Shown: positions 19,727-31,709 of the stretch, one piece after another
Numbering within the stretch: the stretch's first letter is position 1
Layout: each line of letters starts with the position of its first letter
Source of the DNA: an uncultured Clostridia bacterium
Lineage (GTDB): Bacteria; Bacillota; Clostridia; TANB77; CAG-508
Reading direction: 5' to 3'
NCBI GenBank assembly: GCA_947628215.1
Contig: CANQYZ010000006.1
Location: forward strand, 2,924-66,923
Length of the DNA: 64,000 nt
The notes under the pieces: model-generated
What the model was told of the DNA's origin: nothing
Database searches by the model: none
What the model saw: the letters and a program-made list of their open reading frames with translations, nothing else
Position numbers and translations under genes: made by a program

Positions 19727-20794
19727 GTGAAAAATCAGTATAGAATTTCTAAAATTAATAATTTATATAGCAAAATAATATTATGCTCTAAAAAACTTAC
19801 TCCAGAGTATTATGCAAATCTTAGAAAAAGCTTAATTCTTGAAAAGCTTACTGGTATGCTTACATCTGAAGTAAATTTTGAGTCATGCGACAGAGCATAT
19901 TATACTTTTGATCACGAAGATTTTAAAATTCTTCACACAATGCTTACAAATGATGCAAATCTTCAAAACGGTACTGAATATTTATATGGTATAGTTCCTT
20001 ATTTATCAGAGAAAAATAATAAAAAAATTATTATTTCAAGACTTATTATAAAAATTGGTATAGATCAATATTTATACTTTGCTTCTACAAGTTCAAAAGA
20101 TGTATATGCAGAAGTAATATTTTTTGAAGAACCATCAGAAGAAGAAAATGAATTTGAACTAAGCAATTCAACACCATCTTTAGAAGAATACGAAAATTCT
20201 TTTTCAGATACTATTGATTGGGAAAAATTTAAAAATGATAAAGTAATATTAAAGCTAACACCAAGACCTACAAAAATCTTTAATATTTTAGAATACATTT
20301 CAGAAAATATAAATGAAGATTTATTAAGTCAAAACAATACAGAAGAAAAAGTTTCTGATATTTATACATTTAAAGATTTTATAAAAGATACAAATGTGCC
20401 AATATGTGAAAAAGTTCCAGTATCTGTATTTACAGAGCCAAGGCCAAATATAAAATGTAAAGATGGATTTTCTTTTTCTGTACAAGCTTCATATTATAAT
20501 GCATGTGAGCCAAAGCTTACTGGTCTTGATTTATACAAATCATATGAGGTTTTATCTAAAAATGAAATAGATGATTTTATGTTATATTTATCTAATGATA
20601 ATTTCTTTGGAAATAATAAAACGCATTCTTCTATTTCAGAATATAATTTCGTACCATTAGAATTAATTGAAAATTTTATAGATTCACATGGTGGAATAGA
20701 TAAAGATGCAACATTTAAAGCATACGAAAAAAATAGACCATCTGAACTTAAAAGATTATCATATGCTAAAAAAATAATGGAAAATAATTTATAA
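19727..20794 (+). CDS. hypothetical protein (355 aa)
   Basis: GTG start after GGGAGAG. No family recognised. Confidence 0.55.
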   Translation: MKNQYRISKINNLYSKIILCSKKLTPEYYANLRKSLILEKLTGMLTSEVNFESCDRAYYTFDHEDFKILHTMLTNDANLQNGTEYLYGIVPYLSEKNNKKIIISRLIIKIGIDQYLYFASTSSKDVYAEVIFFEEPSEEENEFELSNSTPSLEEYENSFSDTIDWEKFKNDKVILKLTPRPTKIFNILEYISENINEDLLSQNNTEEKVSDIYTFKDFIKDTNVPICEKVPVSVFTEPRPNIKCKDGFSFSVQASYYNACEPKLTGLDLYKSYEVLSKNEIDDFMLYLSNDNFFGNNKTHSSISEYNFVPLELIENFIDSHGGIDKDATFKAYEKNRPSELKRLSYAKKIMENNL

Positions 20795-20819
20795 ATAAAA
20801 ATAATTTTAGGAGTTTTTA

Positions 20820-21143
20820 ATGAATAATACAGATGAAAAAAATATAGCAATAAGCCAAGATGTAAATTATGGTTTTATGCTAAAAATAAAACATTTTTTT
20901 AAAAATCTTTTTTCAAAAACTAAACTTCTTCCTAGTGCAACTGATGAATATGATGAAAAAAGAGCAGCTTTTGAAGCAAAATATAGCTTGTATTCAATAG
21001 ATGAAATTCAAAGCTTATATGAAAGTGGTGAAATAAAAGAAAAAGATATCCCAGATAACATTTTAGAAGAACTTACTTCTTTATATGTATCTCAAATAAT
21101 TAGACTTGATGAAGATTCTGTTAAATACAATAATTCAATATAA
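20820..21143 (+). CDS. hypothetical protein (107 aa)
   Basis: AGGAG RBS. A hairpin terminator follows (aaaaaggataaaatctaaattagattttatccttttt). Confidence 0.55.
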   Translation: MNNTDEKNIAISQDVNYGFMLKIKHFFKNLFSKTKLLPSATDEYDEKRAAFEAKYSLYSIDEIQSLYESGEIKEKDIPDNILEELTSLYVSQIIRLDEDSVKYNNSI

Positions 21144-21223
21144 AAAGGATAAAATCTAAATTAGATTTTATCCTTTTTATCATTTCTTATCGTTTTTATT
21201 ATTTTTCTATTTATTATTAACTT

Positions 21224-22357
21224 TTATTTTATAATTCCATATTTTATTTTCATTTTTAAAATTCTTTTAACACTTGTATTTATTTGTTTTTCACTTATTC
21301 TTTTCTCTTTTACAGCCTTATATATAGCATCTACAGACTCTTTTCCATAAGGAGTACATAGCATATCATTTCCAGCTTGAATTGCTAAAACAGCAATTTC
21401 TCCATCATTTTTTCCAATTTTTCTAACACCTTCCATGTCTAATCCATCTGTAATTATAACACCATTAAATTTCATATTTTTTCTTAAATAATCATGAACT
21501 TTTTTTGAAAGTGTAGCAGGATTTTTGCTATCTAAACAATTTATAATATTATGACTTACAAGTATCATTGGACAGCCCTGCTTTATTCCTTCTTTAAAAG
21601 GAAGTAAATCTCTCTTTTTAAATGTACTTAAACTTCTTGTGTCTTTAATTATATTATTATGAGAATCACCATTTCCGCCATATCCTGGGAAGTGTTTCAT
21701 AGTAGATACTATTTTATTCTTATTATAAGCTTTAACAGAATATCTAATAAATTTAGATACTTTTTTTGCACTAGTAGAAAAAGAACGCTTATACATAAAA
21801 TTTGACTTCTTATAAGCAACATCTGCAACCGGTGCAAAGTTATTATTTATTCCAAGTGATTTTAATAATTTAGATTTTTCATTTGTATCTTTTGTTATAG
21901 CACTATATCTGTTTTTACCTTTCTTAAATACATCTCTTGGTGATAAAAATTTAGATTTTCTTAATTTTTTATATTTTGAAACTCTAACTACGCTGCCGCC
22001 TTCTTCATCTACTCCAATAAGCATTTTAACTTTAGATACTTTCTGCCATTTTTTTATAGTATTTTTTACTGATGTTTTTGATTTGTTTTTAAAAGAATCT
22101 GCAAACATTAAATATCCACCATACTGGTATTTCTTTTGCTCGGCTTCAGCAGATTTGGCAGGTACATATACATAAAGCATTTGAGCGATTTTTTGTTTAA
22201 GAGTCATCTTTTTTAAAATCTTATCTGCTTTTTGTGATATTTGCTTACTAGAAAGAGCTACAGACTGATTCGTTACCTGGCTTAAAAATCCAAAATTAAT
22301 TGTAAAAACTAATAAAATGCAAATTAATAATTTAAAAATTCTTTTGTAATTAATCAT
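21224..22357 (-). CDS. secreted glycoside hydrolase family 3 (beta-N-acetylhexosaminidase, NagZ-like)
   Basis: Signal-like N-terminus with the VDEEGG, KHFPGYGG..DSH and ITDGLDM motifs. Confidence 0.8.
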   Translation of the reverse strand: MINYKRIFKLLICILLVFTINFGFLSQVTNQSVALSSKQISQKADKILKKMTLKQKIAQMLYVYVPAKSAEAEQKKYQYGGYLMFADSFKNKSKTSVKNTIKKWQKVSKVKMLIGVDEEGGSVVRVSKYKKLRKSKFLSPRDVFKKGKNRYSAITKDTNEKSKLLKSLGINNNFAPVADVAYKKSNFMYKRSFSTSAKKVSKFIRYSVKAYNKNKIVSTMKHFPGYGGNGDSHNNIIKDTRSLSTFKKRDLLPFKEGIKQGCPMILVSHNIINCLDSKNPATLSKKVHDYLRKNMKFNGVIITDGLDMEGVRKIGKNDGEIAVLAIQAGNDMLCTPYGKESVDAIYKAVKEKRISEKQINTSVKRILKMKIKYGIIK

Positions 22358-22403
22358 ATTTTTCTTCCCTTTTTATAAATTTTGTTTTAACTTATTTTTA
22401 CAT

Positions 22404-23117
22404 TTATTGTCTTTTTTCCCTTAGTTCCTCTTCTGCTAATTTATAATTTGGCATATAAGTTTTAACCATATTCCAAAAATCTTTAGAATGATTCATATAC
22501 TTTAAATGGCAAAGCTCATGCAGGCATACATAATCTATAGCATTTCTTGAGTATTTTACTATCTCTTGATTTATGCTAATTACTTTTTTAGAAGAACAAT
22601 TTCCCCAAGCTCTTTTAAAATTTCTAACTTTAAAACTGCTTGGCATTATTTTAAGTTCCTTTATTCTCTTTTCCATAGCAAAGCTAATTTCTCTATCTGC
22701 TACATCTAGATAATATTTATCTATCATGTTTTTTATTTTTGCTTTTCTTTTTTCTTCATCAATCAAATATGATTTTTTTATAAACACATTTAAAGTATTT
22801 CTTATATCATCTATACTTATATTATTTTCATTTGAATATATAATATTTAATCTGTATATATTTCCAAGTATGTAAAAAGTTTCTCCTTGATTATATTTCC
22901 TATCTACCATTTCTACTTTAGGATATTTTTTTAGAGCTTCTTTTATCCAATTTGCTTTTTGAAAAACAATATTTTTTATTTCTTCTTCTGGAAATCTAGA
23001 TGGTACTTTAACTTCTACTTCTCCATTTCTTACACCAATATATACTCTTTTTCTTTTTCCTCTATTTATCTTATATTCAATTTTTTCATTATTATAAATT
23101 ATGTAATTATTTATCAT
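22404..23117 (-). CDS. YgjP-like (DUF45/M48-type) metal-dependent hydrolase
   Basis: HELCHLKYMNHSKDFW motif. Confidence 0.75.
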   Translation of the reverse strand: MINNYIIYNNEKIEYKINRGKRKRVYIGVRNGEVEVKVPSRFPEEEIKNIVFQKANWIKEALKKYPKVEMVDRKYNQGETFYILGNIYRLNIIYSNENNISIDDIRNTLNVFIKKSYLIDEEKRKAKIKNMIDKYYLDVADREISFAMEKRIKELKIMPSSFKVRNFKRAWGNCSSKKVISINQEIVKYSRNAIDYVCLHELCHLKYMNHSKDFWNMVKTYMPNYKLAEEELREKRQ

Positions 23118-24288
23118 TTAAATCAAAACCTTCTATATGATAGCCACATTCTTTTAAGAAAAATTTATCTGTTTGTCCTGCCATATAATCTATTACTATT
23201 CTTTTTATATCTGTTTCTTCTAAGTATTTGCTAGATCTTTCATTTATAAATTCATAAAGAACAGTATCTGATGTTGTATCATCTTCTTTTATTTGTATTT
23301 TATTTTTATAATCTAATTTACTCAATTTATCTAAATATATTTCAAATAACTTGTTAAAACAAATCTCAAGTATTTCTTCATTTATAGTAGCTTCTTTTGA
23401 TTCATATATATTTAATATACTCCATTTTTTAAGTTCTAAAAGACTATTAAAAACTTCTTCAGAAAAACATAAATAATCTTTTCCAAAGCTTTGATCTATA
23501 ACATCTAATATTAGAGTATTTACTATTTCTGAATTATTATTTCCAAGAACTTTAGTCACATTTTCTGGTATATCCTCTCTTTTTATGCTTCCAACTACTA
23601 AAGCATCTTCTATATCTCTTCCTATATATGCAATTACATCAGAAAGTCTCACAACGCAGGCCTCAAGAGTCATTGGTAAAATTTTCTTATTATAATTTTC
23701 TATATTCATTACTCTCGAAAGTTCTTCTAAGAAGTCTTCTTTAGTCTTAGTTCTATTTGGTCTATATTTATTTTGTAAAAACTCTCCATTATGAGCTAAT
23801 ATTCCATCTAAAGTTTGAACTGTAATTACAACATCTTCTATATCTTTTAATACTCTAACACTTTGTGCATTATGGCAAAAATATCCTATATTTTCTCTTC
23901 TACAAATATTGTCTAAAAACTTTTCACCTTTATGTCCAAATGGAGAATGTCCTACATCATGTCCAAGTGCTATTGCTTCGATTAAATCTTCATTTAATCC
24001 TAAAGCTCTTCCGATTGTTCTTGCAATTTTAGATACAAGCTGTACATGCAAAACTCTATGTGTTATATGATCATTATCTACAAAAGAATAAACTTGAGTT
24101 TTATCAATATATCTTGTATATGAAAGTGAATGTATTATTCTATCTATATCTTTAAAATATGCAGGTCTTATATCTATCTTATCTGTTTTTAATTTTATTG
24201 CTTCACTTGATTTACAAGCAAAATCTGATAAGATTTTTTCATATCCTGTCATATTATTTAATACATTTTCAAGTATTTCTCTATTCAT
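23107..24288 (-). CDS. HD-domain dNTP triphosphohydrolase-like protein
   Basis: RVLHVQLVS...GHDVGHSPFGH motifs. Confidence 0.8.
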   Translation of the reverse strand: MNREILENVLNNMTGYEKILSDFACKSSEAIKLKTDKIDIRPAYFKDIDRIIHSLSYTRYIDKTQVYSFVDNDHITHRVLHVQLVSKIARTIGRALGLNEDLIEAIALGHDVGHSPFGHKGEKFLDNICRRENIGYFCHNAQSVRVLKDIEDVVITVQTLDGILAHNGEFLQNKYRPNRTKTKEDFLEELSRVMNIENYNKKILPMTLEACVVRLSDVIAYIGRDIEDALVVGSIKREDIPENVTKVLGNNNSEIVNTLILDVIDQSFGKDYLCFSEEVFNSLLELKKWSILNIYESKEATINEEILEICFNKLFEIYLDKLSKLDYKNKIQIKEDDTTSDTVLYEFINERSSKYLEETDIKRIVIDYMAGQTDKFFLKECGYHIEGFDLNDK

Positions 24289-24291
24289 CTT

Positions 24292-24769
24292 TTAGTCCTC
24301 ATCTATATTATTTCTATTTTCATCTTCTAAATCTTCTATGCTTAAAGTTTGTTTTTTAAAACTTTTAATATCTTTAGCTTCTACTATTAATATATCATCA
24401 TCTATATTTCCAGTCTTATACTTATCATCTATTTCAACAGTATACATATTTTCTGTAATATCAACTAAAGTTCCACATCTTCCGGTCTTTCATTTCTACT
24501 TTGTCATTTTCTTCTAAAAATTCTTCATTTCTAGAAGAAGGATTTATTTCATCTTCAAAATCTACTATTTTATCAATAATATCTTCATACTCTTCTCCAA
24601 TCTCTGTTGTATCATCATTTTCATCTACACAATATAAATTTAAATATGAAAGAAGTTTTTGTTCTATATTATAGAGTTCATCTAATGTATAATCTCTATT
24701 TTCAATTTCTGCTTCAGCTTTTGTGCAAAGTTTTAATTGTCTTTCATTTAATATTTCTATAAGTCTCAT
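24292..24769 (-). CDS. hypothetical acidic protein (158 aa), frame interrupted at C-GGA 24484
   Basis: Repaired length is 477 nt (KVEMKD-G-RCGTLVDITENMYTVEIDD). The stop lies 3 nt before the next gene's ATG. Confidence 0.5.
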
Positions 24770-24923
24770 AAAATTCTCTCCTTGTAAGCTTTAATTTATA
24801 TTCATTTTAGCACAATAGTATAAAAAATAAAATAAAAATTTGGAGGTAAATTTTAAAAATATTTCTAAAATTTGCCTCCAACTTGATTCTTGATTTTTTT
24901 TGGTTTGTTTAATTAAATATTAA

Positions 24924-25355
24924 TTATTCAATAGCAATAGTTTTCTTTTTCTCGATTTTTTGTTCTTCTTGTTTTGGAAATTCTAAGCATAATGTTCCAT
25001 TTTTAAATGAAGCTTTAATTTCATCTTCGTTTACATCTTCTCCTACATAAAAGCTTCTTGAACATTCTCCATAATAACGTTCTTTATGAATGTATTTTCC
25101 TTCTTTTTCTTCATTTTCGCTTTCTTCTCTTTTAGCTGTTACTGTTAAATATCCGTCTTCTACTTCAATTTGAATATCACTCTTGTCATATCCTGGTAAA
25201 TCCATTGTTAATTCATATTTACCGTCTTTTTCTACTATATCTGTCTTCATAGGTATGTTTTCTCTTCTTAAACTCTTTTCTCCTTCAAAAAAAGGATCTT
25301 TAAACATATCATCAAATAAACTCATTCCCCAATTTTTTCTTGGTATCATCATCAT
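24924..25355 (-). CDS. Hsp20/alpha-crystallin small heat shock protein
   Basis: Alpha-crystallin core (DIVEKDGKYELTMDLPGY...GTLCLEFPK). ATG at 25355 after AAAGGAGG. Confidence 0.9.
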   Translation of the reverse strand: MMMIPRKNWGMSLFDDMFKDPFFEGEKSLRRENIPMKTDIVEKDGKYELTMDLPGYDKSDIQIEVEDGYLTVTAKREESENEEKEGKYIHKERYYGECSRSFYVGEDVNEDEIKASFKNGTLCLEFPKQEEQKIEKKKTIAIE

Positions 25356-25459
25356 AAAAATTCCTCCTTTAGTGTGTTGACACCTCTTCATTTAAGGTAT
25401 GCACATATAATTTATTTGAAAAGCTTTTCTTTTTACATAACTTATTATATTACTTTATT

Positions 25460-25486
25460 TTAGCAGTGTCAATAGCAGAGTGCTAA
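25460..25486 (-). promoter_or_regulatory. CIRCE-like inverted repeat overlapping the hsp20 promoter
   Basis: Sense strand reads TTAGCACTC-tgctattga-CACTGCTAA. The consensus is TTAGCACTC-N9-GAGTGCTAA. A TTGACA-N17-TATAAT promoter (25472..25444) overlaps it. Confidence 0.6.
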
Positions 25487-25577
25487 ATTTTTAAAAAACT
25501 TTTCTTTTTTTATTATTTCAAATTTTAAGAAAAGTATGCAAAAATCCTGCTTTTCTAGAAAAGCAGGATTTTTTATT

Positions 25578-26327
25578 TTATTCTTTTTTATTTTTATTTC
25601 CAAAAAGTATTTGGTTATTTCCAATTTCTTCTTGCTCTATTTTATCTTTATTTTTTATTTTAGATATAAAACTTTTTTTAGTTTGAAGGGCTTTACTTTC
25701 ATCTTGCTTTTTCATTGCTAAAGCTGCCTCAATAGTCATTGTTTTTTCATAATCTATAATATTATTTACTGGATTTAAATATACTCCTTCTTCAAATACA
25801 ACTGATTTTGGAGCTTCTTTTAATTTCATATAATCTATATATTTGCTAATTATAAATCTATCTTGTTTTGTTTCTAAATCTAAATTTATATTTAAATTTT
25901 TATATCTCCATATAACATGTCTTTCATAATCAGTAAACTCAGAGTTATCTGATAAATCAGTATAATCATATTCAATTTTGAACTTACAATTTGCTATTGT
26001 TATTGTTATATTACTCCAAAGATTTGGGTGATTATCTTCTGCAATTTTTCTTAATTTTTTTATATCATTATATAATCTATCAATTAAGACATTATAGCTT
26101 TGTTCATCTATATTAAATAAAGTCGGAATTTCATAAACATTAACCGGATCTTTTTTTAATATTCCTTTTGGGAAATAATAAAAATACATTTCTCCAAAAG
26201 ATTTTTTAAATGGTTCTTCTATAATTGCAGCATAAAGATGAATACTTTCCCATTTTTCTGGAATCATATAAAATAATTTCTTTTGTATCTCTTCAAAAAT
26301 ATTTCTTTCTTCCAACGAACCTATCAT
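25578..26327 (-). CDS. hypothetical protein, N-terminal part possibly YezG/DUF600-like
   Basis: 249 aa. A weak pattern match (EMYFYYFPKG...NITITIANCKFKIEYDY). Assignment is tentative. Confidence 0.4.
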   Translation of the reverse strand: MIGSLEERNIFEEIQKKLFYMIPEKWESIHLYAAIIEEPFKKSFGEMYFYYFPKGILKKDPVNVYEIPTLFNIDEQSYNVLIDRLYNDIKKLRKIAEDNHPNLWSNITITIANCKFKIEYDYTDLSDNSEFTDYERHVIWRYKNLNINLDLETKQDRFIISKYIDYMKLKEAPKSVVFEEGVYLNPVNNIIDYEKTMTIEAALAMKKQDESKALQTKKSFISKIKNKDKIEQEEIGNNQILFGNKNKKE

Positions 26328-26340
26328 TTTAGCTTCTCCA

Positions 26341-27874
26341 TTATTTTTCTATTAGACTTTCTCCTGTCATTTCTTCTGGTTTTTCTAAATTCATAAGATC
26401 AAGCATTGTTGGAGCTAAGTCAGCAAGTCTTCCTTCTTTTAATTTTACATCTTCTTTTCCAATTAAAACAAGTGGCACTGGATTTGTAGTATGTGCAGTA
26501 TGAGGCTCTCCGGTTTTGTAGTCTCTCATTTGTTCTGCATTTCCATGATCTGCTGTAATTAAAAGTGTGCCATCATTTGCAAGAATTGCATCTACTATTT
26601 GTTTTACACATCCATCTAATACTTCTAAAGCTTTTATAGTAGCTTCTAGATTTCCAGTATGTCCTACCATATCTGGATTTGCGAAGTTTAATATTATTGC
26701 ATCATATTTTCTTTCATTTATTGCCTCTACTACTTTTTCTGTAACTTCAGGAGCACTCATTTCTGGTTTTAAATCATATGTCTCAACTTTAGGTGATGGA
26801 ATTAAAATTCTATCTTCTCCTGGATATTGTTTTTCTTCTCCACCATTAAAGAAAAATGTTACATGTGCATATTTTTCAGTTTCTGCAATTCTAAGTTGAG
26901 TAAGTCCTTTTTTACTTATATATTCTCCAAAAGTATTTTTTATTTCTTCTTTCTTAAATGCTATATTTACATATGGAAGTAATGTTTCATCATAATTTGT
27001 AAAAGTTACAAAATATGTTTTAAAATACTCTCTTTCAAATTCTTTAAAATCTGGATCTACTATAGTTCTTGTAATTTCTCTTGCTCTATCTGGTCTAAAG
27101 TTAAAGAATATAACAGAATCATTTTCTCCTATTGTTGCAATTGGTTCATCATTTTTGCATATTATACTTGGAACTACAAATTCATCAAAAATTTCTTTTT
27201 GATAAGAATTTTCAATTGCTTCACTAACAGTTGCAAATTTAATTCCTATTCCTTTTACCATTGCGTTATAAGCTTTTTCAATTCTTTCCCATCTCTTATC
27301 TCTATCCATAGCATAAAATCTACCAGAGATAGTAGCAATCTTTCCTACACCTTTTTCTTTCATCTTTTCTTCAAGTTCTGCTATATATCCATCAGCAGAT
27401 GCAGGAGGTGTATCTCTTCCATCTAAAAAGCAGTGTACATATACTTCTTCAAAGTCTTTTCTCTTTGCAAGCTCTAAAAGAGCTATTAAGTGTCTCATAT
27501 GACTATGAACACCACCATCAGACAATAGCCCTAATATATGCAATTTGCTATTATTTTTCTTGCAATTATCAATTGCTTGAACTAAAACTTGATTGCTGAA
27601 AAAGTCTCCATCTTCTATTGATTTTGTGATTCTTGTTAATTCTTGATATACAATTCTTCCGAGCTCCGATATTTGTATGTCCTACTTCAGAATTTCCCAT
27701 TTGTCCTTCTGGAAGACCTACATCTAAGCCACTTGTATGAACTATAGTATTAGGATATTGTTTCATAATCTCATTAATATTAGTGGTATTTGCAAGTTTT
27801 ACGCTATTTCCTTCTGCATTTTCATTTATACCATATCCATCTAATATCATAAGCATAGTTGTTTTTTTATCCAT
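26341..27874 (-). CDS. gpmI: 2,3-bisphosphoglycerate-independent phosphoglycerate mutase, frame interrupted at C-GGA 27661
   Basis: The junction restores [30 protein letters not shown]. Repaired length is 1533 nt. The ATG at 27874 has better RBS spacing than the one at 27880. Confidence 0.9.
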
Positions 27875-27904
27875 TTCCATTACCCCTTTTTACTTCTGTT
27901 TTCT

Positions 27905-28657
27905 CTATTCTTCATAATTTACAATCTTTGAAAATTCCTCTGGATCTAGGCTTGCTCCACCTACTAATCCACCATCTATATCAGATGTCTCAAATAATTC
28001 TTTTGCATTTTTTGATTTAACGCTTCCACCATATTGAATTATTACTTCATCAGATACATCTTTTCCGTAAATTTTTTCTATTTCTTCTCTTATTTCTTTT
28101 ATACTATTGTTTGCATCTTCTGATGTTGCAGTTTTTCCTGTTCCAATTGCCCAAATTGGTTCATATGCAATTATAGTATTTTTTACTTGATCTTTAGATA
28201 ATCCATCTAAAGCAAGTCTTGTTTGAGTAGTAATAATTTCTTTTGTTTTACCACTTTCTCTTTGCTCTAAACTTTCTCCAACACAAACTATTGGTTTAAG
28301 ATTGTTTTCAAAAGCAGCTTTTATTTTTTTATTTACACTTTCATCAGTTTCATTGTAGTATTGTCTTCTTTCAGAATGTCCTATAATTACATATTCTACT
28401 CCGATTGCTTTTAGCATTTGTCCTGAAACTTCTCCAGTGTATGCACCTTTTTCTTCAAAATGCATATTTTGTGCACCTATTTTAATATTTGTTCCTTGTG
28501 CTTGCATTAAGCTATAAAATAAATCTGTATATGGTACGCATAATATAACTTCATTTTTTGTATCTTTTACAAGACCTGTTAATTTTTCTATATATGATAT
28601 TGCTTCATTTGGAAGCATATTCATTTTCCAGTTTCCTGCAATTACTTTTCTTCTCAT
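27905..28657 (-). CDS. tpiA: triosephosphate isomerase
   Basis: IAGNWKMN, IIGHSERR and AYEPIWAIGTG motifs. Confidence 0.95.
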   Translation of the reverse strand: MRRKVIAGNWKMNMLPNEAISYIEKLTGLVKDTKNEVILCVPYTDLFYSLMQAQGTNIKIGAQNMHFEEKGAYTGEVSGQMLKAIGVEYVIIGHSERRQYYNETDESVNKKIKAAFENNLKPIVCVGESLEQRESGKTKEIITTQTRLALDGLSKDQVKNTIIAYEPIWAIGTGKTATSEDANNSIKEIREEIEKIYGKDVSDEVIIQYGGSVKSKNAKELFETSDIDGGLVGGASLDPEEFSKIVNYEE

Positions 28658-28688
28658 ATAAAAACTCCTTTATTTACAAAACTTCTTT

Positions 28689-28716
28689 ATTATAACACGT
28701 TTTTTTTATGTGTCAA
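28689..28716 (-). promoter_or_regulatory. putative internal promoter upstream of tpiA (TTGACA-N16-TGtTATAAT)
   Basis: Read on the minus strand in the pgk-tpiA spacer. Confidence 0.45.
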
Positions 28717-28730
28717 CTTTAAATAAAATC

Positions 28731-29915
28731 TTATTTATCTAATAAGCATTCTACTCCTGGAAGTTTCTTTCCTTCTAAGAATTCAAGTGAAGCTCCTCCA
28801 CCTGTTGAAATATGAGTCATCTTAGAAGATAATCCTGCTTTTTCTACTGCAGCTGCAGAATCACCACCACCAATTATAGTTGTTGCATCAAGTGATGCTA
28901 AAACTTCTGCTAATTTATTTGTTCCAACAGCAAATTTTGGAAGTTCAAATACTCCAACTGGGCCGTTCCATACTACAGTCTTAGCATTTTTTAATTCTTT
29001 TGAATATTCTTCTATAGTTTTATCTCCTATATCAAATCCTTCCCAGCCATCTGGAATTTCATTTGACATAACTGTCATTGTTTCTGTATCATTACTAAAT
29101 TCTTTTCCAAGTTTAGTATCTACTGGAAGCATCATTTTTACACCTTTTTGTTCTGCTTTTTCAAGTAAGCTTTTTGCTAAATCTAATTTATCTAATTCGC
29201 ATACTGAATTTCCTACATTATATCCTTTAGCTTTAAAGAATGTAAATGCCATTCCTCCACCAATTATTAATGTATCTACTTTTTCTAGTAAATTATCAAT
29301 TACATTAATCTTATCAGAAACTTTCTTTCCTCCAAGTATTGCAACAAATGGTCTTTCTGGGTTTTCTAATGCTGTTCCTAAGAAATTAATTTCTTTTTCC
29401 ATTAAAAATCCAGATACAGCTGGAAGATATGCTGCAACACCTGCAGTTGAACTATGAGCTCTATGAGCTGATCCAAAAGCATCATTTACATATACTTCTG
29501 CAAGAGAAGCAAATTTCTTAGATAATTCTTCATCATTTTTTTCTTCTCCTGGTTCAAATCTAACATTTTCTAGTAATACTATATCTCCTGGATTCATTTC
29601 ATCTGTTAATTTCTTAGCAGATTCTCCTACAACATCATCTGCAAGTTTTACTTCTTTTCCAAGAAGTCTAGATAATTCTTTTGCAACTGGAGAAAGAGAA
29701 AATTCTTTTTTAACTTCTCCCTTTGGTCTTCCTAAATGTGAGCAAAGTATAACTTTTGCATTTTTTTCTAATAAATATTTTATTGTATCTAATGAAGATA
29801 CTATTCTTCTATTATCAGTAATATTTAAGTTCTCATCTTGTGGAACATTAAAATCACATCTTACTAATACTTTTTTATTTGATACATCAATATCTCTAAC
29901 TGTTTTCTTATTCAT
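28731..29915 (-). CDS. pgk: phosphoglycerate kinase
   Basis: [16 protein letters not shown] and GGGDSAAAV motifs. Confidence 0.95.
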   Translation of the reverse strand: MNKKTVRDIDVSNKKVLVRCDFNVPQDENLNITDNRRIVSSLDTIKYLLEKNAKVILCSHLGRPKGEVKKEFSLSPVAKELSRLLGKEVKLADDVVGESAKKLTDEMNPGDIVLLENVRFEPGEEKNDEELSKKFASLAEVYVNDAFGSAHRAHSSTAGVAAYLPAVSGFLMEKEINFLGTALENPERPFVAILGGKKVSDKINVIDNLLEKVDTLIIGGGMAFTFFKAKGYNVGNSVCELDKLDLAKSLLEKAEQKGVKMMLPVDTKLGKEFSNDTETMTVMSNEIPDGWEGFDIGDKTIEEYSKELKNAKTVVWNGPVGVFELPKFAVGTNKLAEVLASLDATTIIGGGDSAAAVEKAGLSSKMTHISTGGGASLEFLEGKKLPGVECLLDK

Positions 29916-29935
29916 ATTTTCCTCCGCTTTTATTT

Positions 29936-29968
29936 AAAAAGGAACGGCCCTAGTAGTCGTTCCTTTTT
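29936..29968 (-). terminator. hairpin with T-run between gap and pgk (partial terminator or processing site)
   Basis: AAAAAGGAACG-loop-CGTTCCTTTTT. Confidence 0.55.
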
Positions 29969-30013
29969 ATAAACTATTCTATTTTCTAGGGTATTTTGCC
30001 TATTAAATTTATT

Positions 30014-31039
<1,026 letters not shown>

Positions 31040-31293
31040 TTATATATAAAAATATTTTTAAACTTTTTATAAAAATTAAAACAATTAGTTTTAACCATTG
31101 CTATTTTATATTAAAGATAAATAATTTTCAATACATTAAAGAAATTTTTTTCTCTTACGGAAGTTTGCTTTTAAAAGATATTTAAATCCGCTTTTTTTTA
31201 TTATTTTAAGTATATTATATGTAAATAATTTTAAAAATAAACCAAAAAAAAGAATGTATAAAAATATACATTCTTAAAATATTTATTACTCTT

Positions 31294-31590
31294 TTATAAT
31301 TGTTCTTTAGTTTCATTATTCTTTTTATTTTTTCCAAGTGAAAATAGACCTGAAAAAGAAATTTCTTGAAATAAAAAGTCATGTACATCTGTTAATATTT
31401 TTTCTTCTTTTGGTGTTACTTCTATAGCCACTTTTTTAGATAAGTTTATTTCTTTAAATAAAAAAGATTTTACTTTACTCCACATTCCAAATTTAGTAGG
31501 TAATTCTTTTTCATTTAATGAATCTTCTGAAACATATCCTCCTGCATATTCAGTATCTTGACTTAATTTTTTCATTTTGCCTTCTTTCAT
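31294..31590 (-). CDS. hypothetical small protein (98 aa)
   Basis: GGAGG RBS 8 nt before the ATG at 31590. Confidence 0.5.
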   Translation of the reverse strand: MKEGKMKKLSQDTEYAGGYVSEDSLNEKELPTKFGMWSKVKSFLFKEINLSKKVAIEVTPKEEKILTDVHDFLFQEISFSGLFSLGKNKKNNETKEQL

Positions 31591-31709
31591 AAGTCATTCC
31601 TCCTTTAATAAAGCATAGTTATCACACTTTATATTAAAATGATACTATAATTTTCTATTTTTAGCAATAATTTGAAAGAAATTAAAATATATCTTTTTTA
31701 TTACAAAAC

